A DNA stretch of 64,000 bases from Christensenellales bacterium (GCA_051883495.1 JBJETV010000023.1:30285-94284); one strand, 5' to 3'; counted from the first letter of the stretch, positions 38,290-46,853 are shown. Numbers and translations: made by a program. Notes: generated from the letters alone by a model not told the origin.

Positions 38290-38781
38290 ATGAAAGAAGT
38301 ATATATTTGGACAGATGGAGCATGCTCTGGCAATCCTGGGCCTGGGGGCTATGCGGGGATTGTTACTTGTGAAGGCAAAGGGAAGAATGTCTTTGGAGCA
38401 AGGGCAGAAACCACAAACAATAGAATGGAATTGCTGGCAGTTATAAAGGCTTTAGGGTTGTTAAAAGTGAAATGCAAGGTGGTATTGCATTCTGACAGCG
38501 CTTATGTATGCAATGCGATAAATAATGGTTGGCTGGAAAGTTGGCAGTTGAGAGGGTGGAAAACTGCAGACAAGAAGCCTGTTCTCAATCAAGAACTTTG
38601 GGAAGAATTGTTAGATTTGTTGACCAAGCACGAAGTTCACTTTGTAAAGGTTAAAGGTCATGCTGATAATAAACTTAACAACGAGTGCGATGAATTGGCT
38701 CGAAATGCTATCCTTATGATGCAATCGAGAAATGTTGATTCTTTTGACGATGTAACAGTTAGAAAAATGGATAAAACATAA
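38290..38781 (+). CDS. rnhA: ribonuclease HI
   Basis: Tracked ORF 38029-38781 trimmed to ATG 38290. VYIWTDGACSGNPGPGGYA...TNNRMEL...HSDS...VKGHADNKLNNECDELA contains the RNase H DEDD residues. Confidence 0.9.
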   Translation: MKEVYIWTDGACSGNPGPGGYAGIVTCEGKGKNVFGARAETTNNRMELLAVIKALGLLKVKCKVVLHSDSAYVCNAINNGWLESWQLRGWKTADKKPVLNQELWEELLDLLTKHEVHFVKVKGHADNKLNNECDELARNAILMMQSRNVDSFDDVTVRKMDKT

Positions 38782-39008
38782 TATTATTTACATTTTTAGT
38801 GTCTATATTTATAAAGTTTTTATTTATAAGGTCCTTGTTTATAATATTTTTATTATATATCTTTATTTATAGTGTTTCTGTTTACAGTATTTTTGCTTAT
38901 AATTTTTTGTTATATAACTTTACAAGTAAATATCCTCCAATCAAATGGAGGATATTTTTTATCAATTATATTTTGTTAAACTCTGTAAAATGATAATTGT
39001 TATAATAA

Positions 39009-39263
39009 TTATTTGTGCCTACAAAGTTTGTGGTCTATTAGGAGAGTTATTGAAAGTATTATGACAATGTAAAAAAGAATATACAAAATGTGTGGATAAA
39101 TGCAACTTGCTCCAATGGTTTGCAACTCTGTAGCAATGGACACAGAGTGTGAAAAAGGAAGAAGGTTTATTATCTTTCCAAATGTTCCAGAGAAAGAACT
39201 TGTTGGCATAAAAATCCCGCCAAAAACACCTATAACACTTATTAAGATAGAGGATATTCTTAC
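39009..39263 (-). pseudogene. 3' remnant of an ABC-2 type transporter permease gene
   Basis: The minus-strand frame reads VRISSILISVIGVFGGIFMPTSSFSGTFGKIINLLPFSHSVSIATEL...HK*. This is the typical C-terminal region of ABC-2 permeases. It is preceded by an in-frame TAA, with no N-terminal part and no ATPase gene. Confidence 0.55.
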
Positions 39264-39727
39264 TTATATTTTAGTTCTTCTTTATAAATTGTCAAAAGAT
39301 TTAATATAAAAAAATTAAAAATTATTAAAATATTATGCTAAAAATTATGAAATATTAGGCAATAATACTGCAAATTTTATATTCTTTGCTGTAATATCTT
39401 GTTTGTGTATGTTGGAAATGTAAGACAAAATTTGCTGTATTTTGTTTTAATTGTAAAATCTTATAAAAGTTGTCAGACAATATTCTGGGTGAGTTATAAA
39501 ATGGTTTTTAGCATCTAGCATATTGTTAAGGTGTAAATGTGGTTGGGGTATTGAAAACTTATAATATTAACAATTTCCAATGATTTTATATTCAATATAA
39601 TGCTTCTATTTCAACATATTTAGTATAAACATTCATATTTTTCAAAAATTATATAGATTTGACTTGTTTTGGCAATATATGTTTGCTAAACTTGTATAGA
39701 CAATATGTTGTGGGGAAAAATGGTTGT

Positions 39728-40996
39728 ATGAGTGAAAGGGTATATTTTGTTATTGATATGAAGTCGTTTTTTGCATCTGTAGAGTGTGCAGAACGTGGGC
39801 TAGATGCAATGACTACCAATATGGTTGTGGCTGATGGTGAGCGTGGCTCTGGCACAATTTGCCTGGCGATAAGTCCAAGTATGAAGGCTCTAGGAATAAG
39901 AAATAGGTGTAGACTTTATGAAATTCCGCAAAGTGTTGATTACATTATTGCAACCCCAAGAATGAAAAAATATATTGATTATGCTGCAGAAATTTATGCT
40001 ATCTATCTAAAATACATTAGCAAAAATGATATTCATGTATATTCCATAGACGAATGTATTTTGGACGTTACTGATTATTTGAAATATTACAAGACCACAG
40101 CAAAGCCTTTTGCCCAAAAGTTGATGAAAGAAATATGGGACAAATTGGGTATTCCTTCTACTGTGGGTATTGGGAGCAATATGTATCTAGCAAAGATAGC
40201 GCTTGATATTACAGCAAAATCTGCCCCTGATAGAATTGGCTGGCTGAATGAGGAGAAATTTATCAAAACATTGTGGCATCACAGGCCACTTACAGATTTT
40301 TGGCAAATTTCTGATGGCACAGTTGCTAGGCTGAAAAAACACGGGATATTTGATATGGAAGGCATTGCAAAATGTGATGAGGAAGTGCTTTATCGTGAGT
40401 TTGGAGTTAATGCAGAATTGCTTATTGACCACGCATGGGGGAGAGAGAGTTGTTTGATGAGTGATATAAAAAATTATAAAACTCATTCAAAATCTATCTC
40501 CTCATCGCAAATTTTGCCATGCAATTATACTTTTGACGAGGCAAGAGTTGTTATGAAGGAGATGATTCAAAATGGCTGTTATGACCTTGCAAATCAGAAT
40601 TATGCCACGCAACTGATACATGTATATATAAGTTATGGAGATAGAAAAGGAGAACCTGACAAGGGCTCCCAAAGGTTGCCCGTAGTTACAAACCTTTATT
40701 CCATAATTGGCAAGGAAAGTGATGACTTGTTTTGCAAAGTTGCCGACCGCAAAAAACTTATCCGTCAAATAGGCTATTGCTTTGACAATCTTGTGCCAGA
40801 AAGCGATGAAAGATATGATTTTTTCACAAATTATGATAATGTAAAAAGGGAAAAAATCAAGACAAAGGCTGTGCTTGAGGTGAAAGATAAATATGGCAAA
40901 AACGCAATCCTTAAGGGGCTTGACTATGAGGGAAAAGCAACGCAAAGGGAAAGAAATCTGTCTATAGGAGGGCATAAAAGTGGAGAAAAGAATTAA
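39728..40996 (+). CDS. Y-family (UmuC/DinB, UvrX/YqjW-like) translesion DNA polymerase
   Basis: Start ATG 39728. VYFVIDMKSFFASVECAERGLD... and YSIDECILDVT contain the catalytic D and DE motifs of the ImpB/MucB/SamB family. Confidence 0.88.
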   Translation: MSERVYFVIDMKSFFASVECAERGLDAMTTNMVVADGERGSGTICLAISPSMKALGIRNRCRLYEIPQSVDYIIATPRMKKYIDYAAEIYAIYLKYISKNDIHVYSIDECILDVTDYLKYYKTTAKPFAQKLMKEIWDKLGIPSTVGIGSNMYLAKIALDITAKSAPDRIGWLNEEKFIKTLWHHRPLTDFWQISDGTVARLKKHGIFDMEGIAKCDEEVLYREFGVNAELLIDHAWGRESCLMSDIKNYKTHSKSISSSQILPCNYTFDEARVVMKEMIQNGCYDLANQNYATQLIHVYISYGDRKGEPDKGSQRLPVVTNLYSIIGKESDDLFCKVADRKKLIRQIGYCFDNLVPESDERYDFFTNYDNVKREKIKTKAVLEVKDKYGKNAILKGLDYEGKATQRERNLSIGGHKSGEKN

Positions 40997-40997
40997 G

Positions 40998-41138
40998 ATG
41001 CCTCGCTGGGAGAGGGCAAAGCAGTTTGCTCCATTTGATGCATTAAAAGGGCTAAGAGAAGCCTTGCGAGTGAAGGAAAGAGAGCATGATGAACTTCTAA
41101 AAAACAAAATTAAACATGAAAAAATTGATGAAACATAA
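40998..41138 (+). CDS. YolD-like small protein (46 aa), not in the ORF track
   Basis: ATG 40998 lies 1 nt after the polymerase stop. MPRWERAKQFAPFDALKGLREALRVKEREHDELLKNKIKHEKIDET* carries the W..(K)xFxPFxAL motif of YolD-like proteins, which follow uvrX/yqjW in Bacillus. Confidence 0.55.
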   Translation: MPRWERAKQFAPFDALKGLREALRVKEREHDELLKNKIKHEKIDET

Positions 41139-41221
41139 TATTTTTATCTAATTGAAATTTATTTTATACAAAATGCTTGTTAAATAAATCTTCTCTTCAT
41201 TGAATTTTTATGATTATATGT

Positions 41222-41460
41222 CAATATTTGATTTTTAATTTTGTTGATTTTACTTATGTTTTGTTGATTTTATTTATAAATATTGATAGATAAATTTTAT
41301 GTGTAAATATAAAGATATTGATAATCAATGTTGTATATAAGGATATTGATGGTTAATCTTGTGTATAAACATAAATAACTTGATTGTTGACTCTAATATA
41401 CGAAATAAAAACTTGATAGTTGAGTTTTATATACTTGATAGTTGAGATTTATATATAAAT
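41222..41460. repeat. degenerate tandem repeats (TTGAT-containing units) upstream of murI, ending in a near-perfect 22-nt duplication
   Basis: Units contain ATATTGATAG/ATATTGATAA/ATATTGATGG/CTTGATTG. The array ends with CTTGATAGTTGAGTTTTATATA 41412-41433 and CTTGATAGTTGAGATTTATATA 41434-41455. Confidence 0.8.
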
Positions 41461-41530
41461 TAAAGAGTTGACAATTGTTTTTGCATATAAATATAAACAA
41501 ATTGACGGTAATAATCATAAATAAAACTAT

Positions 41531-42286
41531 ATGGAGAGTATTTTTGTTTTTGACAGTGGTAGTGGTGGGGAATTTGTAACCAAAGAACTTTTGCGTGCCT
41601 TGCCACAAGAAAATTTTGTGCTGTATAAAGATGTAAAAAATTGTCCTTATAGCACCAAAAGCAAGATAAAACTTTGGCATATTGCTTGCAAGATTTTGAA
41701 AACCGCTACAAAGGTTTTAAGCCCCAAAGCAATAGTAGTTGCCTGCAACACTATGAGCAGTCTGTTTGAAAATAGAATAAGAAAAAAATTTGGCACTATT
41801 CCAATATTTTTTGTTACCCCAATGATAACCAATAAAATTTTGTCAAAAAAGACTCTTGTTCTTGCTACAACCCGTACTGTTAGTTGCAATAAGGAGGTAT
41901 TAAGCGCAAAAAGCAACAAAAATTGCATTGTTGTTGGCTTTGATAATTTGGCAAAAATGATAGACCTGGCAAAAGACTCGCCAAAGGTTGATGCAGATAT
42001 AAAATTGCTTTTACTAAATAGCCTAAGTAAATACAAGATATTTGGCATTAAAAATATAGTTTTGGGTTGCACGCATTACAGTTATATAAAAAAGCATTTG
42101 AAAGAGATTTTTGGCAATGTCAAGTTTTATGAAAAAAGCAAAATCATTGCCCAAGAATTAAAGGATTATTTGCAAAATTCAAACCCTGAAGAAAGCAAAA
42201 TTTTATCAAAGAAAAACCTAAAAACGATATTCAACAAGCAGGTTATTGTCGTGGAAAATATAAAAGAATTAAAGTTGTTTGCTTAG
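41531..42286 (+). CDS. murI: glutamate racemase
   Basis: FVFDSGSGG, VVACNTMS and VLGCTHYS motifs (two catalytic Cys) of the Asp/Glu racemase family. No Shine-Dalgarno sequence upstream. Confidence 0.85.
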   Translation: MESIFVFDSGSGGEFVTKELLRALPQENFVLYKDVKNCPYSTKSKIKLWHIACKILKTATKVLSPKAIVVACNTMSSLFENRIRKKFGTIPIFFVTPMITNKILSKKTLVLATTRTVSCNKEVLSAKSNKNCIVVGFDNLAKMIDLAKDSPKVDADIKLLLLNSLSKYKIFGIKNIVLGCTHYSYIKKHLKEIFGNVKFYEKSKIIAQELKDYLQNSNPEESKILSKKNLKTIFNKQVIVVENIKELKLFA

Positions 42287-42325
42287 AGATTTGAGCATAA
42301 AAAAAAGCCCCAAACGGAGCAGATA

Positions 42326-42402
42326 TGGTGGTCCCAATAGGACTCGAACCTATGACCTCTTCGATGTGAACGAAGCGCTCTAACCAACTGAGCCATGGGA
42401 CC
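42326..42402 (-). tRNA. tRNA-Val (anticodon CAC), CCA encoded
   Basis: Reverse complement folds as GGTCCCA-T-GGCTCAGTTGGTTAGAGC-G-CTTCG-TTCACAT-CGAAG-AGGTC-ATAGG-TTCGAGT-CCTAT-TGGGACC-A-CCA. Confidence 0.93.
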
Positions 42403-42414
42403 TTAACTGCAAAT

Positions 42415-42442
42415 ATATTACCACAAAAAAATAAAAAATCAA
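42415..42442 (-). promoter_or_regulatory. tRNA-Val promoter (extended -10)
   Basis: Minus strand reads TTGATT (42442-42437), 16-nt spacer, TGg-TAATAT (42420-42415). The tRNA 5' end lies 12 nt downstream. Confidence 0.6.
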
Positions 42443-42459
42443 GTAAATTGATTATATTT

Positions 42460-42798
42460 TTGAAAAAATGAGCAAAAATTTTTTGAAATGAAAGGTTTTG
42501 TTCTTTTGAAATGATAGGGCTTATCCATTAAAAACGAAAACCTCATCCTCTCGAAATGAAAACTATCTCCCTTTGAAGTGATAAACTTTGCCTATTTGGA
42601 AAAAACATTGTTCTTTTGAAATTATATATTTGTATGTTTTGGGGTGAAGAGTTTTATTTAGTTGAAATTAAAGGTTTAGATGCTTTGAGGTGAAAAATTT
42701 TGTTTAGTTGAAATTAAAAATTTATTATTTTGGAATGAAAGATTTTGTTTGCTTGAAATTATGATTTTTATTATTTTAGAATGAAAGAAATTTTGACT
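42460..42798. repeat. about 15-unit degenerate tandem array, 23-bp unit / 46-bp super-unit (TTGAAATGAAA... alternating with TTGAAATTA...)
   Basis: Unit starts (TTGA/TTGG/TCGA/TTAG) at 42460, 42483, 42506, 42528, 42551, 42573, 42596, 42616, 42639, 42662, 42685, 42708, 42730, 42753 and 42776. Spacing is 20-23 bp. Confidence 0.9.
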
Positions 42799-42848
42799 TA
42801 TATAATAAATGAATGATTTAATGTAAAAAATTTATTCAATTTTTATTA

Positions 42849-42871
42849 AAAAAATCCTCCAAAGCGGAGGA
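42849..42871 (-). terminator. intrinsic terminator of the Asn-rich lipoprotein gene
   Basis: Minus strand reads CCTCC-GCTTT-GGAGG followed by ATTTTTTT, immediately after the stop codon. Confidence 0.75.
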
Positions 42872-42877
42872 TATTTG

Positions 42878-45049
42878 TTATGCACGCACTTGCTTTGGCC
42901 CAAATGAAAGGGAATAGGCGGAGTGGTAAGAATTTGAACAAGTTTTTTCCAAATAATCTACAACAGGGAGTTTTAGTGGGGCTGTGTAGTAGTTTATCCC
43001 AGTGTTGTTTTGCACATTAGAGTTGTTCCTTGTATTTTGACTATTTGTTCCAACATTGCCATTTTGATATTGATTATTTTTATTTGTTTGGTTATATCTT
43101 TGAATGTTGTTATAGTTGTTTATTGCGTTGTAAGACTGACTATTTTGATTGTTTCTGTTGTAATTATTATTTTGCATATTATTTCTGTTATAGTTTCTGT
43201 CGGTTGTATTATAATTGCGTGATGTAGTATTTTGATTATAATTCTTGTTTATATTACTATAATTTTGAGAATTATTTTGGACAGTATTTCTATTTGAATT
43301 GTTTATTCCATTCATATTTTGAGTATTGTTGTAGTTGGTGGCAGAATGGGAATTGTTTATTCTATTGTTTTGATTATCATAATTAGTCTTTCTTATTGTA
43401 TTATTTGAAGAATTGTCCATTTGAGTTGTTTTGTTGTTTTGAATTTTATTATAACTTACACCGTAGTTTGAATTTTGATTTTTGTTTGTTGTAGAGTTGT
43501 TGATATTTGTATTAGAATTGTTTATTACATTTTGACTTGAAATCTTTTGATTGTTTGCAGGTATAGTTTGATTTGAATTGTTATTTGATGTATTATTCTC
43601 TGAAATTCTTGTTGCACTGTCGGCAGAATTTCTATCTTGAGTGGAATAATTTTGATTTGCAATTTTTTGATTATTATTAAAATTGCTATCTATTGTTCTG
43701 TCATCAGCCAACGACTTGTATGTGCGTTGTGGCACAATAGTTGGAGTGGAAGTATTGTTATATTTATTTTCTAAATATTCTTGAGGATTCTTTATATCCT
43801 TTGTGTAGGCATTGTTGTAGTTGTTTTTTTGAGTGTTTTGTGAGTTATTAGAAAAACTGGTTGAGTTGTTTTGATACCCATTTGAATTGTTTTGATATCT
43901 ATTTGTGTTTTCTTGATATCTATTCGAGTTGTTTTGATATCTGCTTGAGTCATAAACTCTGTTGTTTGTTCTGTTGGTTGAGTTATAATTGTTTGATTGG
44001 TTGTTTTGATTTATATAACTGTTCCTATTGTTTTGTGAGTTATAAGTTCTATTTCTGGAAGTTTGATATCTATTGCTTTCAAACTGATTTTTTGCATAAT
44101 TATATCTGTTTTTGGCTGTTTGATTGGAGCCTAACATTGCTTCATTGGTTGTTTTTTCGCCAAGAAGTTTGCTGGCAAAATTGATAAGGTCAATAACAGA
44201 ATTGTTTGCATTGTTGCAAGTATTGCAATTGGAGTCTATGCAGTTGTAGATATTTCTATAGTCTGCTGTCATAGAGCCAGAATTGCTGGCGAGATTCAGT
44301 TTTTTCTTGCCGATAGAGTTCACTGTAGATTTGCAACCTTTGCAGGAAGTAATGTTATTGGTGCATTGCTTGATAACTTCATAATAACTATTTAGCGTCT
44401 TTACATCACTATCCGAAAGTTTTGCTTCACCATTTTTTAATCTTTCCAAGAGTTCTTTGGCACGATTGCAGTTGTTAATAAGTGATGTCTTTGTGCTAGA
44501 ATATTCTTTGTTTAGGTCACAAACATTGTTGCAAGCAGTTCTGAGGTCATTGTAACCACTGTCGCTGGTTGCAAGGTTAAGGTTTCTTTTGGTTGCTCTA
44601 TAATCACTTGATGCAAAAAGATTGGCATTGGCTCGTTGAGTCATATGATTTTTTGTTGGCATTTTTACATTCAGCACTTCTCTGTATGGATAAATATTTC
44701 TTCTAGTGTTGCTTCTTTGACTAGATGTATCAGCATTCTGCGTGTTTGAAGTGTTGTAGTTTTGAGAGTAATTCTTGCACTTATAGCAACTGCCATTTTC
44801 ACAATAATAGCAATCATCTCCATAGCAGTGATAACCGTCAGATGTGTCCATATTTTCTCCCAAAATAGAGTTTAGATCTATTTTGTCGGTGTTTACATCT
44901 TCCAGTTTTTTCACCTGGGATATCATTTTATCCAACCCCCCAGATATTTTTTTGCTGGCAAGTTTAACCTGCGCCTGATTGCCATTTGAACATGCAAAAA
45001 GGAAAGTGCAAGCCAGCAAAATTGACAATAATCCAATAAATTTTTTCAT
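42878..45049 (-). CDS. lipoprotein with Cys-rich N-terminal half and roughly 400-aa Asn/Gln/Ser/Tyr-rich low-complexity C-terminal half
   Basis: Signal peptide plus lipobox MKKFIGLLSILLACTFLFAC-S. Cys clusters (HCYGDDCYYCENGSCYKC, CNNVC, CKGCK, CIDSCNTC). From about residue 325 onward, nearly continuous N/Q/S/T/Y/R sequence with heptad-like NRYQNNS repeats. Confidence 0.8.
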   Translation of the reverse strand: MKKFIGLLSILLACTFLFACSNGNQAQVKLASKKISGGLDKMISQVKKLEDVNTDKIDLNSILGENMDTSDGYHCYGDDCYYCENGSCYKCKNYSQNYNTSNTQNADTSSQRSNTRRNIYPYREVLNVKMPTKNHMTQRANANLFASSDYRATKRNLNLATSDSGYNDLRTACNNVCDLNKEYSSTKTSLINNCNRAKELLERLKNGEAKLSDSDVKTLNSYYEVIKQCTNNITSCKGCKSTVNSIGKKKLNLASNSGSMTADYRNIYNCIDSNCNTCNNANNSVIDLINFASKLLGEKTTNEAMLGSNQTAKNRYNYAKNQFESNRYQTSRNRTYNSQNNRNSYINQNNQSNNYNSTNRTNNRVYDSSRYQNNSNRYQENTNRYQNNSNGYQNNSTSFSNNSQNTQKNNYNNAYTKDIKNPQEYLENKYNNTSTPTIVPQRTYKSLADDRTIDSNFNNNQKIANQNYSTQDRNSADSATRISENNTSNNNSNQTIPANNQKISSQNVINNSNTNINNSTTNKNQNSNYGVSYNKIQNNKTTQMDNSSNNTIRKTNYDNQNNRINNSHSATNYNNTQNMNGINNSNRNTVQNNSQNYSNINKNYNQNTTSRNYNTTDRNYNRNNMQNNNYNRNNQNSQSYNAINNYNNIQRYNQTNKNNQYQNGNVGTNSQNTRNNSNVQNNTGINYYTAPLKLPVVDYLEKTCSNSYHSAYSLSFGPKQVRA

Positions 45050-45192
45050 TTTTACCTCCGGAACATCAATTGTTCAAAGTTATTTTGGCAGAAATTTGTA
45101 AAATTATTTATTTTTTGAATAAAATTTTTTGCACTGACAATATTTATTGAGAATTTTGTTGCTGGTTATATGGCAAAATTGCTGGAGGAATA

Positions 45193-45651
45193 ATGGATAA
45201 ACTAAAAACAAACCAAGAGTATTGTAAATTTGTAGAGAATCGTCTTCCAAAAACTAGGTTTTTCCCATCTCTATTATGGGCTTTTTTGGTGGGGGGATTG
45301 ATATGTTGCATTGGACAGGGGATTTTTGACGGACTTATGGCATTGTTCCCAACACTTTCAAAAGATGATGTGCAGGCTTACACTTTGGTCATACTTATCT
45401 TTCTTGCGGCATTTCTTACTGGGTTAGGCATTTATGATAGAATAGGGGTGTTTGCTGGGGCTGGCTCTATTGTTCCTATAACAGGGTTTTCCAATTCTAT
45501 TGTAAGCCCAGCAATGGATTTCAAAAATGAAGGCTGGATATTTGGCGTTTGTGTAAAAATGTTCTCCGTAGCAGGGCCTGTTATTGTCACTGGCATAGCA
45601 TCTAGCATGCTCGTTGGGGCGATTTATTATATAATTGGACTTTTTGGATAA
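45193..45651 (+). CDS. spoVAC: stage V sporulation protein AC
   Basis: 152-aa four-TM protein. LPKTRFFPSLLWAFLVGGLICCIGQG and SIVPITGFSNS are typical of SpoVAC. Confidence 0.9.
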   Translation: MDKLKTNQEYCKFVENRLPKTRFFPSLLWAFLVGGLICCIGQGIFDGLMALFPTLSKDDVQAYTLVILIFLAAFLTGLGIYDRIGVFAGAGSIVPITGFSNSIVSPAMDFKNEGWIFGVCVKMFSVAGPVIVTGIASSMLVGAIYYIIGLFG

Positions 45652-45754
45652 GTCGTTTTGTTTTGCGATAGAGCCAATGAGGGTATTCAAAAGTTAGCAA
45701 AACTATTTGTAGGGCAAAAGAGCAACCATATTTTACAATAAAAAGGGAGAGATT

Positions 45755-46765
45755 ATGTTAAACAGAGTTGGTGAAAGAACTATCAAATTTACAACACCAC
45801 CAAAGCTTATTAGTGGGTATGCAATTGTTGGGCCAAAGGAAGGGCTAAGCCCAGTGTCCAAATATTTTGACTATATCCTAAAAAATGACTTGTTTAATGA
45901 AAAAACATACGAAATAGCCGAAAGAAAAATGTTGGAACAAGCAATTTGTGGTGCAACGGACAAGGCAAATATATTGTCAACAGATATAGATGTGCTGTTA
46001 AGTGGAGATTTGCTAAATCAAATTATCTCTGCGTCTTATTCTGCAAGGCAAATACAAACGGCTTTTGTAGGGGTATTTGGTGCATGCTCTACTATGACCG
46101 AAAGTATTGCCCTTGGCGCATGTCTTGTTGATGGAGGGTATTGTGGCAGGGTTGCATGTGCTACTTGCAGTCATTTTTCCACTGCGGAAAGACAGTTTAG
46201 GTCACCACTGGAACTGGGTTGTCAAAGACCACCAACTTCACAATGGACAGTAACTGGTGCTGGGTGTTCCATTTTGGCAAAAGAAGGCAATGGGCACAAC
46301 ATTGTTTATGCAACTTTTGGCAAGGTTGTGGACTTTGGGATAAATGATATGAACAATATGGGTGCAGCAATGGCACCTGCGGCGGCGGATACGCTTAGGG
46401 CACTGTTTAGGGATACAAACACAACTCCGGCAGATTATGACTTGATTGCAACAGGCGACCTTGGAAAGTTGGGGAGTGAAATTTTGGTGGACCTTATGGA
46501 AAATTATGGTTATAAAATGGGAGAAAATTATTGTGATTGTGGACAACTGATATACAGCAACAAGCAACGAAGTTATATGGGTGGAAGTGGTTGCGGTTGC
46601 AGTGCCAGTGTTATCAACTCCTACATTTTGAGCAAATTGGACAATGGAGATTATAAAAAGGTTATACTTATGTCCACAGGGGCTCTTATGAGCACTACTT
46701 CCAGCCAGCAAGGAGAAACAATCCCTGGCATAGCGCATGCTGTGGTTGTGGAAAAGGGAAGATAA
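45755..46765 (+). CDS. spoVAD: stage V sporulation protein AD
   Basis: 336 aa, thiolase-like. GYAIVGPKEGLSP...GDLLNQ...GACST motifs. Follows spoVAC. Confidence 0.9.
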   Translation: MLNRVGERTIKFTTPPKLISGYAIVGPKEGLSPVSKYFDYILKNDLFNEKTYEIAERKMLEQAICGATDKANILSTDIDVLLSGDLLNQIISASYSARQIQTAFVGVFGACSTMTESIALGACLVDGGYCGRVACATCSHFSTAERQFRSPLELGCQRPPTSQWTVTGAGCSILAKEGNGHNIVYATFGKVVDFGINDMNNMGAAMAPAAADTLRALFRDTNTTPADYDLIATGDLGKLGSEILVDLMENYGYKMGENYCDCGQLIYSNKQRSYMGGSGCGCSASVINSYILSKLDNGDYKKVILMSTGALMSTTSSQQGETIPGIAHAVVVEKGR

Positions 46766-46771
46766 AGGGGT

Positions 46772-46853
46772 ATAAAGATAACTATTTGAAAGGGTAGATA
46801 AAGATAGAACTATTTGATGGATTAGATAAGGATGTAACCATTTGAAAGGGGTG
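46772..46853. repeat. three tandem 26-28-nt units filling the spoVAD-spoVAEb spacer
   Basis: ATAAAGATAACTATTTGAAAGGGTAG / ATAAAGATAGAACTATTTGATGGATTAG / ATAAGGATGTAACCATTTGAAAGGGGTG. The last unit supplies the spoVAEb RBS. Confidence 0.85.

Noticed and set aside
38799-38993. 64-aa Phe/Ile/Leu/Tyr-rich ORF
   Set aside because: It is a translation artefact of AT-rich repeat-containing spacer. It has no RBS and runs through a terminator hairpin (38934-38960).
42460-42798. Tandem arrays considered as CRISPR
   Set aside because: A 22-23-bp period leaves no room for repeat plus spacer, the units are degenerate rather than identical, and there are no cas genes in the window.
43010-44184. Plus-strand Cys/Phe/Ile/Val-rich ORFs (43010-43222, 43030-43227, 43861-44184)
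   Set aside because: They are the antisense reading of the (AAT/AAC/CAA)n-rich lipoprotein gene. Their composition is the mirror image of the Asn/Gln tract.
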